Assembly (NCBI GenBank): GCA_004431415.1
Contig: QPMI01000408.1
Coordinates: 496,001-560,000 of the forward strand
Length of the DNA stretch: 64,000 nt
From: Cyanophora paradoxa CCMP329
Lineage: Eukaryota; Plantae; Glaucophyta
Reading direction: 5' to 3'
Shown here: piece by piece, positions 46,927 through 61,875 of the stretch
Numbering within the stretch: the first letter of the stretch is position 1
Layout of the letters: each line of letters opens with the position of its first letter
The notes under the pieces: generated by a model
What the model was told of the DNA's origin: nothing
The model's input: only the letters and a program-made list of their open reading frames with translations
Database searches by the model: none
Program-made: the position numbers and the translations under genes

Positions 46927-49585
46927 ATGCCGTCCCAGTCCGCCGCCGAGAACGAGATCGAGCGGATCCTGCAAGCCAGGAATCATCACGAGGTTTTAGA
47001 TGTGCAGTCAGATGTTACTGACGACGAGCTGCGAGAGCGCTACCTCCAGGCGCGCGCTGTGGTGGGCCGCGGTTACGCGCGGATACAGCTGACGCATCCT
47101 GCAGCTCGCGCGCATCGTGCATCCGGACAAGAACAGCCACTCTAGGTCGTGCGAGGCCTTCAAGCGTGCGTGCACGAGCGGCGCGGCGCGCCCCGTCCTG
47201 TCAAAGGCCGCCGACCCTCTTTGCCTCTGCAGTCCTCGAGGAGGCCAAGCGCGCCTTGGATCGCTCGCAAGCCAAGTTTGCAGCCCTCGGCGCGGGTGAG
47301 CCGGCCTTCGCGCGGCTGGGGAAGGTCGCTCACGCTAGTTGGCTGCCGGCAGGCCTGCCGAGCGTGCCAGCGAGGGTCTGGCTCAACGCGTCCCGCTCGA
47401 GCGTGACGGTCTTCTGGAGCCCCTCGGAGTCCGACGGGGGCGACCCGATCACGCACTACGAGCTCAGCGTGGACGGCGACGAGGGGTCCCTCCTCGAGGC
47501 GCGCCCGCTACCCGCTCCCCCCCCTCCCCGCCCCTCGCGCCGCTGATCTTTGCCAATGCGCAGGTGCCCCGCGGGCAGTACAACGAGACGCTCCAAGGGC
47601 TCGAGGTCCACGCGGAGCACCGAATCCGTGTGCGGGCCGTCAACTCGATGTGGGCCGGCCCCTGGAGCCCCGACCACTTCTTCGCCGTGGGCGGTGCGTC
47701 TCTCGCCCTCAAGGCCGCGGTGCCGGGCGGGAGGGACTGAGATGCGTGCAGCCCCTCCGCCGGCGCCCGGGAGCCCCTCGGTGGAGCACGCGGCTCCGCG
47801 GGAGCTGACGCTGACGTGGGAGGCGTCCGCGCGGCCGGCCTCCTCCTCGTCCTCGGGCCGCGCCTCCCTCCCGAAGCGCGAGCCCGACTTGTTCGAGCTC
47901 CGCGTCGACGGCGGCGAGGTCGCGTACCGCGGGCCCGAGCGGCGCGCCGTGCTGAGGTGCGCCCCGGCCGCGCCGCGCCGCGCAGAGGACCGGAGGCGAC
48001 CGCCGGGCAGGGATCTGGAGCCCGGGACGCGTTACAAGATCGACGTCTGCGCCCTCTTCCAAATCAGCGAGCGGGTGGAGATGCGCGGGTCCTACAGCCG
48101 GCCCCTCGCCGCCTGCACCCCCGAGAGGGAGGAGGAGGAGCAGGATGAAGTGGAGCAGGGGCGGAGCGAGGCGGCGGCCGAGCCGCGGCCCTCGGCGGTG
48201 GCGGCCGCGGCGGCCGCGGCGACCGTCGAGGAGATCTTCGATGCCGTCGAGGCGCTGGCGGGGGTACAGGAAGCGGAGGAGGCGGGGGAGGCCGCCGTGC
48301 AGCCGACCGCAGAAGAGATGTCAGAGGCCCCAGCAGCGGCGGATCGAGAGGAGGAAGAGGAGAAGGAGGAAGAGGCAGACGAGGCTGCGGCGGCCCCGCG
48401 GCCCACGCTGGCGGCGGCGGAGGCGGCGGCGGAGGCCGTCGAGGCGCTGGCGAGCGCCGTTGAGGACGCGTTCCTAGGGGAGGCCGGTCCCGCCGACCCC
48501 AAGGACGGGGAGGGGGAGGGGGAGGAGGAGGCGGCCGGCCCCGTGGACCCGGCGTGCTTCGAGGAGGAGGGGGCGGTGGCGGGTGCAGCGGCGGCGGGAG
48601 AGGAGGAGGAGGAGGGGGCGGCGGCCTGGGAGGGCGCCTCGGAGGAGGGCTCGGAGGTCTCGGTGCTCTCCGCGCCGGCCGGCCCCGAGGAGCGCGACGC
48701 GGAGCTCGAGGCGCAGATCCGGGCCGAGGAGGCCGAGGCGCGCCGCGAGGAGGACGAGGAGGCGGCGCGGGGCAGCCAGGAGTGGCTCGCCATGATGGAG
48801 GACGACGGGCGCGCCCCCGCGTCCCGGGCGCCTCGGCCCTCCGAGGCGCTCGAGGAGGTCGAGCCGGCGTGGCCCTCCCCACGGAGCTCTCCGGGGGCGG
48901 GGCACCCGCCGGAGGCCGCCGCCACCCCGCGGCAAGCCCCGCGGACCCCGCGGCCCGACGCCGAGCCGTCCCCGGCGCCCTCCGCCGCCCTCCGCACGCC
49001 GTCGCATCGCGCGGCGCCCTGCACCCGAGCATGGCGGTGCGCCAGGGGCCGAGCCGGCCCGCCCGCGGATCGGGCTCTGACGGGAGCCGCCGCAGGCCGG
49101 CGTGGAGGCGGCGCTCCGCTACGGGCGGCCCGACGCGCTTCTCTTCGATGCGAGCCCGGCGCCCTCGGCCTGCGCGAGCACGCCCCGGCCCAGCCGGCCA
49201 ACCGTGCGCCCGTCCCCGTCGGGCCCGCGGCGCCTGCTCACGCGCTCCCTTACAGCAGGAGCGGAGCCCGGTACCCGCGATGGCGGCGCCTGCAGTTGCG
49301 CCGCTGGAGTCCTCCTCGGCGCGCGCCCCGAGCGCCCTCCGCCCCCTCTCGGCGGGCGAGGCGCAGTGGGGAGTGCAGCCAGCCGAGCGGGGGCGCCCCG
49401 CGGACGTTATCTCAGCAGCGGACGCGTTCCTGCAGCGCTGTGCCGCGCGCTTCGGGAAACGCTTCCTCCCGGCCCCCAGCGCCGACCCCGAGAACGCCGG
49501 CGCCGGGTCCCCTGCCCGATCCCCCGCAGCCAAGCGCGCGAAGCCCTGCCTGGGGGCTGCCGCCCCCGTCGCAGTGTTTGAATAA
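46927..49585 (+). CDS. J-domain (DnaJ) protein with two fibronectin-III domains and an acidic tail
   Basis: HEVLDV...RYLQ|LARIVHPDKN; SVTVFWSPSESDGGDPITHYEL..IRVRAVN..GPWS; LTLTWE..LEPGTRYKIDVCA. Confidence 0.82.
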
Positions 49586-49840
49586 GCTAAATTGCACTCT
49601 CGGTGCTTGTTGCTTCGTGTGCGATTCCGTGTGCGCCCACGGCCTCGGAAGAAGCTGAAGTCGGGCAGCGGGGGTACCCCAGCACAGACAACGCTACCGT
49701 TGCAAAAGACTCGTCCCACGGTACTCGACGCATTGCTTGTTGCAGACGAGCAATCTAGACATCGCAGAGGACAGCAGCAGCGCGTCACACGAAGAACCCG
49801 AAGTGGCCGTTAGTCCAGCGGCTGGTAGGCTAAGTTAAGA

Positions 49841-50496
49841 ATGAGTTTCTTCGGCCGCCTTTGCACCGCGTGCTTCCCCACGCGTCCGCCTTCGAGCGAC
49901 GTCAAGCGCGACCTGGATCTCCCTGCCAGCCTTCCAAAGGACCTGCCGAATGTCGCCTCCGAGCCGCGCGCCATGCCGGCGTCCGCTGAGGTGCGCGAGT
50001 GCGATCGCGACGCACGCGCAGTCTAGCCATGACTTATTCGCTGCTTTGCGCAGCCGGCGACCGCTGCGGCGCAGCAATCGACGACCCCGCGGAAGTCGCA
50101 CACCGTAGTCCCCTCTCCGCGCAAGGAGACGCCGGTCGAGACTGCGGCGCCGTCTTCACCTGCGGCGGAGGCGAAGACATCGTCCGCTCCTCCACCGGCA
50201 CCTGCGCCGGCTGCGTCACCTGCGAAGCCCGCGCCTCAGGCCGCCGCCGCTCAGCCTGCTGCGCCCGCCCAGCCGGAGTCTGCACCAGCTCCTCCAGCAG
50301 CGAACGAGAGCGCAGAATCGACGCCGCGCGACGGTGAGCTTGCTTTGTTTCCATCCTTTCCTTCGTCCCGAAAGCTCAACACACCAATGCAGATGCGCCG
50401 GAAGACGCGAGCAAGCCGCAGCCCCAGTCGGCCCAGCAGAAGAAAAAACAGAACAACTCGAAGGGCAAGAAGAAGGGCAAGCAGCTCCGATGGTGA
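49841..50496 (+). CDS. small Pro/Ala-rich hypothetical protein with a basic C-terminus
   Basis: Three exons, MSFFGRLCTACF... to KKKQNNSKGKKKGKQLRW*. Confidence 0.55.
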
Positions 50497-50865
50497 TCAT
50501 CGGATGGCAGCGCTGCGTCAAGAGTAGGCAGACGTAGATCTCCAGTAGCTAGAGATTGCTTGTGAGGGCCCAATGAACTCATTCCTATGGGTGAAGACAT
50601 CTCAGAGTCTAGTCGAGGGGTGATGCGCCTAGGCACGGCCACTGCTAAGGTGTTGATGAAGAAGGACCAGAACCGCGGAGAACATGCAAGGAGGCCACCG
50701 GCCGTTCCGCGGCACTGTGTAATTGTGCAAAAACGAATTGTGTAATTGATGAGAACAAGCATTATGAACAGTGAGAAGTAAGAACGGCTGTGCAGTGGCT
50801 ACCGGAAAGGCGACGCCCGTCGGCGTCTTAGGATTACATCCTCCGAGAAGCGGGACACAACACGT

Positions 50866-51482
50866 TTAGTGGTGGCCGTGGCCGCTCTTGCCGTTCCAGC
50901 AGGCGCGGTCGAACAGGTCGCAGTCGCCCCACGGGAAGGCCTGCGGACGCAGTTACGACCGAACGCTGACGACAGGCGACCATCAACGCTGGCGCGGTAC
51001 GGACCTTCGAGCGGATGCGGAGGTACTCCGCCTGCGGCTTCTCAACGTGGTCGTGGTGGCCCGAGAAGGCTGCGGCGAGAAACTCGGTCACGGCGTAACA
51101 GTGACGCGGGCCGAGGGCCGCGCAGAACTGACCATAGAAGCTCCAGCCGATCACGACAGGAAGACCAACGATGGAGAGCTTCTTCCACATCTCCATCGCC
51201 TGGCCCTCGAACGCCCTGTGCGGAGACAGGTACTTAGTGGCGTGACGCGGCATCACTGGGGCGGTGGACTCAACGCTTCCTCCGCCTTGCCCTTGACGTA
51301 ACTGCGGTTCGGGCGTGTTAAAGAGAGCATGCCGGCGGGGCGCTGCGACGGGGCGCGGACTTGTTGAGGACATCGCCCGCCAGATTCACCTCCGTGCGGG
51401 AGTGGGGCGTGCCCACAAAGCCGCCCGAGTGGCGAACACCGGCGCGGGAAAGGATGGAGGCAATCCGTGCGTAGGCGGCCAT
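50866..51482 (-). CDS. COX6A: cytochrome c oxidase subunit 6A
   Basis: MAAYARIASILSR presequence; MWKKLSIVGLP..YLRIRSK|AFPWGDCDLFD. Confidence 0.88.
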
Positions 51483-51597
51483 CCTTGAGCAGGGTACAGA
51501 GAACCAGAGAACGAAGTGGGGGGTATACAGACCGAAGGAGTTGGCCGACCGCGAGATCCGCCCGATCTGTCGATGGTGTATCTCAGCTCAGCTCAAG

Positions 51598-53986
51598 ATG
51601 GATCGATATGTCAGACTAACCGCGGCCCTGCTCCTCTGCGCGCTGCTTGGTGCAGCAGCGGCGTACGCGCACGCAGAAGGCAGCTCGCAGCTACAGTCGA
51701 TAAGATCGTGCAAGCCCGCTCCGTTGGCCTTCACCGACGAGCAGCCCATGCGCGCGGACCCCGCCCACATGCTGCGCGGCGCTAAGCCATTGCCGCCCGA
51801 CCCGTCGCTCCCAGCACTGGTATCTCCTTATTTTGCGCTCGTGCTCCGCGTTTTCCCACGTGCACGGCGCGCGCTGAGGCTCTCCCAGATTATTTTTCCA
51901 GGCACGCCGGCGCAGGCCCCGCGAGGCTGCGCTGGCGCCTGTAACCGCTCAGTATATTCGCAGGCCACTCTGGCAGTGCTTTGAACGTGTCTTTGGCCAA
52001 CGCCGACCTCCCGACGTACTGTAAGCGCGATTCTAACTGGGAGCGTTTGTGGCTTAACCTGCGATTCCTTGGTGCGTGCATAATTAATAAGAGCTAGAGT
52101 TGCGTTCGGTTTTAGATTTTAGCGTGACCGTCCCGTAAGCAGATCCCTTCAAGAGCAAGAACGAGGAGGACTGCTGGTACCGTATGATGACGCAGACTTA
52201 CGACCCGGAGAGCAATTCTTTCCTGAGCGCACGCGGTGCGCCCTCCGCTAGCGCTCCGCACCCTAACGTCATCGCCTCCTTAGGGCCTCCGGGCTGCACG
52301 CGCAGGCGTCAAAGTTTTCCCGGTGGCGGAGGCGGGTCAGTCAGAGCAGGGCGGGGTGGATGGAGTTGAATACTTGGTTGAACTCTTGTACGTCCGAATC
52401 CGAACTCCCCCAAGCCCGCTTTCTTCTCTGATCAGACCGCGCTCAGGTACGGACAGCGAGTGGGCGCGTACCTCCACACTCTCGTGGAGCAGCTGGCGGC
52501 CATCGGTTACGCTCGCGGCGTCAACCTCTTCGCAGTCCCCGTACGTCCACGCCCCAACTGCTTCGCATCATCCTTTCTAACCTGTGAGGCAGTACGACGC
52601 GCGCCCGTGACCTCCACCGCCCCATAGCTACTGACCGCGTGCGCCAAGCCGCCCGCCGCCGACGTGCACCTCTCGGCAGTGGCGTGTCACGCCGGACTCG
52701 ATGGACCAGCACAGCCCGTGGTTCGAGGACGTCTCGCGCCTCCTGGAGCGCCTCCGGGAGCAGACGGGCCGCCCCGCCCTCGCCATCGCCCACAGTATGG
52801 GCGAGCGCCCCTCCGCCGCTCGATTAAACCGGCGGCCACCCCTGACGCTTAACGGGGCGCCGCGCAGGGAACCTGCAGCTTCTTTACCTCCTCAGGCGCA
52901 ACGGGGACGAGTGGACAAAGAGGCACGTCGGTACCCTCTTCTCCATCGCGGGGCCCTGGGCCGGGGCGAGCAAGGCCCTCCGCACCCTCGTGCGCCTCGC
53001 CCGCCTTCTCGCCGACGCGAATGCGTCTTCCGATCCCTGTCCTCAGCTCTCGGGCGACCTCCTTTTTTACTCGTGTGCGCTCTGGACCCTTGTACCCCCT
53101 GGCTCTCCATGCCAAGTCCGCGGCTCTCTCACCTTTTCACAGGGATCGCCCGCCTGCCCCACTTCGCCATATTCAACCCGCGCCGCGTGAGGGACCTCTC
53201 CCAAGGGATGGGCAGCGTACAGTGGCTCTCCCCGTCCCCCGCCCTCTGGGGCAATGAAGCTGTGGTGCGCCCTAGGCCTCCCCCCGGATTGCTCACCATT
53301 CAGCGCCGCGATCCTAGGTCCGGCTTGCAGACACGGGGGAGCAGATCTACGCATCAACCTGGCCCGACCTCTTCCAGCGCCTTAACCGAACGGTGAACTG
53401 GCCGCGGTTCGCGCCGTGTTCCCTGCTTACCAGCAGAATGGTAGACAGCCGCGTCAATATGGGCACGGGTGAGGGGCTTGGAGCCGGCGTCGGGAATCAC
53501 CCCTGTCCCCGTGGAGCTCTTCTGTTTCGCCGGGGTGGGCAGCCGTACCGAGATTTCCTACGAGTACCCCTCCCTTGACAAGGTACCCCTGCCCCCACCG
53601 GGTTGACCGATGGATCCAGGGAACCAGAGCTGATCACGATTTCCTCGTTTTCGAGCAGATCAGCGACACAGAGCCAGTGGCCTTCTGCGGAGATGGCGAC
53701 GATACGGTACCCATCCACTCGCTACGCGTACGTGATGGCGACTCCGCTGACCCTGAGCTGCTGAGCCTGACGGAATGCTTTACATGTACAGGCGTGCCAG
53801 GGCGTGTCCAGCTTGGGGCCCCCTGTTCTCAATAGAGAGTATTCGGGCATTTCTCACACCTCGATTCTCACATCGAAGGTTAGGAACTTGCACTGCACAG
53901 ACCATCGAAATACGCTCAAACTCACACTGCGTCAGGCTCTCTTCGCCGATTTGATCCCAGCAATTCTGGCTAAGCGGCAGCCGTAA
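51598..53986 (+). CDS. LCAT / group XV phospholipase A2-like acyltransferase with signal peptide
   Basis: IIFP|GHSGSAL, RLWLN, GYARGVNLFAVP, AHSMG nucleophile elbow, GPWAGA, GDGDDTVP, HTSIL. Confidence 0.87.
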
Positions 53987-54581
53987 TGCCTCGCGGCTGG
54001 CATGGTGTCCGTTGAACTCAGTGTATTTCTGATGACTCAAGCTCAAGTATATACGTACGAAAATGAAAAAAGTACTCGAAAAAGTGAATTGCCGCGTACC
54101 CTTATAGGTGTATGCTCAGTGCCTCTGTGGGCTGAGCGCTAGCACACAGTGCTCTTCAGCTTTTAGCTTTTTGGAGAGCCTTCTTTTCCAAAAGAATCCA
54201 TTGCATATACATTGCATATGCGCCTGTCACACAGTGTCACATAAATCCATTAATATTGCATTCCATATGCATATAAATGCATCCCATATGCATATAAATG
54301 CACATGTACAAAATTAATTTCAAGGCAAGGCCCTGAGGACTCGAGCTCCAGACTTTCCAGTCGTGGCCCTGGCCTAGCTCACGATCAAAGGGTTCAGGAG
54401 GCGACATATATATGCCATGATGGTAGCTGGAGCTCGTGCCTCGCATCGCTGCCCCTCCCCCCCCCCCCCCCCCCCTCCCCCTTCCCCTTCCCCTCCCCCC
54501 CTTCCCCTCCCCCTCCCCCCTCCCCCGACCTCAAGATGCTCTGCAGGGTGTTCCAATGAAGGAATGCATACATGTAGAAAA

Positions 54582-55823
54582 TCATGCGGCATTGGTGTCA
54601 TAAACAACGAGTACCCCATCTGCCCCAGCTGAAACAAGCTCCTTGCCAGATGGCGCAAAGGCGCAACCCCAAACCTGCAGGGGCTGATGCGATAGAAAAG
54701 ACCCGAGGTCGCGAGAAATACCTGGTCAGTGTGGCTGGAGGCAAACTGATGCAACATGGTCCTCGTCTGTAGGCTCCAGAGCTTGACGGTCCGGTCAGCT
54801 GATGCTGATGCAAGGATGCCGTTTGCGGAAAGGGCTATGCTGTAGACGGGGCCAGTATGACCGCTAAATGTATTCACGATGCTGCAGGATAGTCAGGAGA
54901 TGATCGCTGTAAGCGAACTCTATCAAGCCAGCTGCAGCGCACCTTCCTGACTGAACATCAAACACAGATATGACACCATCATCACCACATGAGTATAGCT
55001 TCTCGCCATCTGCCGAAAAGCAGACTCCACGGATTGGCTTTGCATGGCCATGGATTCGGTTGTTGAGCTTCAGTGTGGCGGTGTCAAAGATTCCCACATA
55101 GCCGTCGCCTGCTCCTGCTGCAAGACACCTATTCGAGTACGCGACACTGTAGATCATTTTCGTACTTGAGCCCGAGAGCTCTGCAGGGCTCAGGTGATCA
55201 GATCAGCAGGAAATGAAAATGCTTGACTGACCGTGCTCCTGGACGCATCCTGCCGTGGAGAAAACCTTTATCATGCCCTGTTGACCTCCAGTTGCAATGA
55301 ACTGCGTTCGCCACAGTGGGTAACATGGAGGATGGCTGAATTCGACGTGTCCGTCATGTACCTTGCCATCCGGGCTGTGGCAGACCTGCCAGCACTGACC
55401 AGGGCCGACATCGATCACTTTCTTTGCGTCTTCGCTGCTCGAGGCCTCCGTGTCGCCCGCGTCAACGTGGATCACAATCTTGCCTTCCATCGTCGACGCT
55501 GCGACTTGCGCGCCGAAGCAGTCAACGCTGACCACTCCCAGAGCTGCGGCGCCGGTCAGTGCGGCCCCGAACCCTCGGCGATGCGCATGCAGGCGCACTG
55601 TGATCTCCGATGGAGCGCTGCACGCCCAGCGCCTTGCCGTCCCACGAGAAGATGCGAACGTGCTCGTCGATCGAGCCCGCGGCGATGTAGTTGGCGTGCC
55701 ACGACGCGCACCACAATTCCGCATCGCCCTCCCATCGCGCGATCTGCGCCGCACGCGCGTCGTAAAGTTCACCACCGCCTCGAATGTCGCCTAGGCGCCG
55801 CGCCGCACCTCGGCGGAGGCCAT
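54582..55823 (-). CDS. WDR61: WD40 protein WDR61/SKI8
   Basis: GSIDEHVRIF, H|TLGVVSVD, IDVGPGQCW, GHAKPIRGVCFS, SADRTVKLW, HTDQ|VWGCAF. Confidence 0.75.
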
Positions 55824-56118
55824 TGCGTATCACGGAGTGTACGCTATCTGTACCGCAGTACTGGCCGGCACTGGCTGCTCGCGCGAACGCTCGGGAGGAC
55901 CTGCGCTTGTGATGGAGCACACCCGGGCGTGTGCGCGCTCGTCGACACGGTCAAGCTAGCTGCAAAGCTGTGAAACTCTACTTCGAAGCGATTGGCGAGG
56001 TCGGCAGACGAAGGCGGCGGCGCCAGTGAAAAGGGGTACTGCGCTCAAAGAAGCTTGCCCGTCGTTGAAAGCGCGTCTCGGCGTCCCTGCCTCATTTTTG
56101 GCATCTCACACGCCGCAG

Positions 56119-58097
<1,979 letters not shown>

Positions 58098-58729
58098 GCC
58101 CTGCTGGCCGGAGAGCGGGCAAAGTTGTGAGCGGGAGATGCCCCATTTTTGAACGTTGGCTACTGGGGCGTAGCTGCTACGATTCTGTCGATTTTGTATC
58201 ATAGCTTTGCTCTTTCTAGGCTACGGGCGCGCCGGACCTCCTACCCCAGCGCTTTAACTGTACCCGTGCTGTTAGGGATAGAGTGTAACCCGCAGGGACT
58301 GGTGCCCTGATGGAAAAGAGGATCGGAGCCTAGCTATAGCCAGCTGACTGCTCATAGCTTTGCTCGCTTTTCTTGCTTAGCGCTCAGGTTAACAACTGAT
58401 GTCCAGTACAGTGAAAGCAGTTCATGCATTTTGAAGCGTGGCTTGGCCGCGGGGGGCTAGGGGCATGCATACGACGTGATTCTCATTCAAGCTTGAGAAC
58501 CGAGAACCAGGACCCGAGATGCTCTCGGCGGGGGCTGTTTGGAGGCAAGTTAAAGGGGTATAAGGGGGGGATCAACCCGGAGTCAGGTGGCGCGCCGAAC
58601 TTTCCCGGAGTCAGGCATGGGGAGCAGTAATAGTGGTGTGAGCCTCGAAGGCAGTGGGCATCTCATAATATAATGCATCGCAGAATGTACATATATAGCA
58701 GAAAGTACGTGCAAATTGGACTTGAAAAT

Positions 58730-59965
58730 TGGACGCCCTGCCCTGCGGACTGCGGGCGCGCGCTACGGAGGCCATCTGCGGACGTATACCTCAGAGACCG
58801 TTGCGAGAGCCTTCCGGCCGCGCCGCCGGCTCACCTAGCCCAAAGAGCGAGGCCCGCCGGACGTCGACGGGCCTCGAGCAATTGATGCGCTTGGGCGCCC
58901 TGCGGACTGCGGGCGCGCGCTACGGAGGCCATCTGCGGGCGGATAGCTCAGAGACCGTTGCGAGAGCCTTCCGGCCGCGCCGCTGGCTCATGATCACCTG
59001 GCCCAAAGAGCGAGGCCCGCCGGACGGGCCTCGAGCAATTGATGCGCTTGGGCGCCCTGCGGACTGCGGGCGCCGCGCGCGCGACGGAGGACATCTGCGG
59101 GCGGATAGCTCAGAGATCGTTGCGAGAGCCTTCCGGCCGCGCCGCCAGCTCACCTGGCCCAAAGAGCGAGGTTCGCCGGACGGGCCTCGAGCAATTGATG
59201 CGCTTGGGCGCCCTGCGGACTGCGGGCGCGCGCGACGGAGGACATCTGCGGGCGGATAGCTCAGAGACCGTTGCGAGAGCCTTCCGGCCGCGCCGCCAGC
59301 TCACCTGGCCCAAAGAGCGAGGCCCGCCGGACGGGCCTCGAGCAATTGATGCGCTTGGGCGCCCTGCGGACTGCGGGCGCGCGCGACGGAGGACATCTGC
59401 GGGTGGATAGCTCAGAGACCGTTGCGAGAGCCTTCCGGCGGCGCCGCTGGCTCATGATCACCTGGCCCAAAGAGCGAGGCCCGCCGGACGGCCCCCGAGC
59501 AATCGATGCGCTTGGGCGCCCTGCGGACTGCGGGCGTGCGCGACGGAGGACATCTGCGGGCGGATAGCTCAGAGAACGTTGCGAGAGCCTTCCGGCCGCG
59601 CCGCCAGCTCACCTGGCCCAAAGAGCGAGGCCCGCCGGACGGCCCCCGAGCAATCGATGCGCTTGGGCGCCCTGCGGACTGCGGGCGTGCGCGACGGAGG
59701 ACATCTGCGGGCGGATAGCTCAGAGACCGTTGCGAGAGCCTTCCGGCCGCGCCGCCAGCTCACCTGGCCCAAAGAGCGAGGCCCGCCGGACGGGCCTCGA
59801 GCAATTGATGCGCTTGGGCGCCCTGCGGACTGCGGGCGCGCGCGACGGAGGACATCTGCGGGTGGATAGCTCAGAGACCGTTGCGAGAGCCTTCCGGCGG
59901 CGCCGCCAGCTCACCTGGCCCAAAGAGCGAGGCCCGCCGGACGGGCCCCAAGCATTCGATACGTT
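58730..59965. repeat. tandem array of ~151-157-bp units, ~8 copies
   Basis: gggcgccctgcggact anchor at 58893, 59050, 59206, 59357, 59514, 59665, 59816 plus a degenerate first copy. Confidence 0.95.
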
Positions 59966-60621
59966 TGGGGCGTTCGATTGCGCGCCTCGACGTGCGCGCG
60001 CGCGACGCTGCTGTCTGGAAAGCTGTTTTGGCCCTTGAGGGGGGTACGCTTGGGTCTTTTCGGCCTTTTTTTGGCCGTGCAAACGGGCGAGGGCGATCTC
60101 AGCTGCTGCAGCAGATTAAGGGCTGCCGCTCGAGAATTCACTTCGCATAGTGCTCATTGTCATTTTCGGCGCCCAGGCTGCGCTCCGCGACCGCCCGGAA
60201 GCGAGTGTATGTCGATATGCAATCCCGAGGTCGCTTAGGACGCGTCTTTCAGCGGCGCTGGTCGGGGCTATGAGGTCCTTAGACTTGGGACTATCCGGGA
60301 ACTGGTTCCGTTACGCGGGCGTTGAAGTCTCCGTCTCAGGAAGTTGGGTTCCGTTAGAAAAAAAAACCGAGAACCCAGCGAAAACTAGAAAAAGTTATCG
60401 GATCCGAGACTATTACTATGTATTCAAGCCAAACAAAAGAGGGCTGTTATACCCCCGCAGGAGAGGGGGCAGAATGGAGCACTAGGCTGGTGCTGTGGTC
60501 GAGGGGGCGGAAAGGATGAAGACGTGTACGATGGGTGGAGGGAGGCGGAGGAAGGAGGGCAGTGATGGGACAGAGGGCGAGGAAGGAATGCGAAGGAAGA
60601 GTGCGGAGCCATGGAAGCAAG

Positions 60622-61798
60622 TTACGCGGCAGTCGCCTCCTCTGTGGGCACGGGGCGTCAGACGCCGCGGCGACAGGGGACTCGAAGGGAAGCCCGCACC
60701 GTCGATCTTGGGCGCGAGGTAGTAGCGGATGTAGCCGCCATTGTCCTCCGAGTCGGCGTCGGCCGCGGGGACGACGTACTCGATGCAGATGGGCACGTCG
60801 GGCGAGATGCTGATCTTGACCATGTCGGAGATGCTCGAGGCGCGCGCAAACATGTTCAGGTAGCGCAGCGCGAAGGAGAGCTCCACAGGGTCGTTGCACT
60901 CGATCGTGATCTTGTTCGCCTCCGTCTGCGCGCCAAATGAGCAGGCAGCGCATGGGAGGGGCGTTCCGGAAGCGCCCTGGGGCGGCGCACCACGTCCGAG
61001 CTTTCGACCGTCTTCTTGCAGATGATCGAGCCCGACCCCATATCGCCTGCCACACGAAATTCGCACGCGTCCTTGTTCGCCTTAATTGTAACTGAGCGAG
61101 GCCCTCGATCAATTGGGGGACGGCTTGGGACGCCAGGGCAGGCTCAAGGGCACCGGAGTCGCCGAAGGTTGCCAGATCCTTGCAAATGCGCTGGAATTGA
61201 GAAGACGGCATCACGACCGTCACTTGATAATCAGTGTTTGGCACGCCCAGCGTCTCCGAGTCGATGTCCATCAGCTTCATGTCGAAGTGCTTGATGGTGT
61301 CGTTCTCTGCGCCCGTGCGCGGTCAGCGGAGGGAGGCATTCCGCGTGCGCGCGTTGCTGCGCTCACTCTTCTCCTCGAAAAGGAACTCCATGGAATCATT
61401 GCCATCCTTGCACTTCAACGTGCAGGCGTCATCGTTCGACGCGCACTTCACGATGGCGTTCACGTTCTTCAGGCTCATTCCCAACTGGATCTCACGATCG
61501 CAGCGATACGTCTCGAACGCGCCGGCGCTGCGTCGCGGAGTTTGTCCTGTTAGCCGCGGCGCGCCAAAGATCCGGACCCGCGCACTTGAGGAGGACGCAG
61601 ACTAGCGAGACGTGGCTATTATCCATCGCCTACACGCAAATGTCAGCAGGGGCGGCAGCGGGGCGGCGGCGAGGGCGCCGGCACCTGCATGGAGATGCCC
61701 GTGGCGCTGGCATCGAAATTTGCGTCCTGGATGATCTCCCTAATCGACTCAAGGAGCTTCTTGAGCGTGGACGCCTCCTTAAAGCGGGCTTCGAGCAT
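60622..61798 (-). CDS. PCNA: proliferating cell nuclear antigen
   Basis: [19 protein letters not shown]|[41 protein letters not shown]. Confidence 0.96.
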
Positions 61799-61875
61799 TT
61801 TTTCGCTGGAGTGTCTGGTCCGCGGGAAAAGTTTGAATGCTGGCTGGGTACGAGTTGCAAGCCGGAAGGGTACAG

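Noticed and set aside
58730-59965. CRISPR array, or repeated short ORFs (MREPSGRAASS...)
   Set aside because: Units are near-identical along their whole length with no unique spacers and no cas genes; the ORFs are by-products of the repeat
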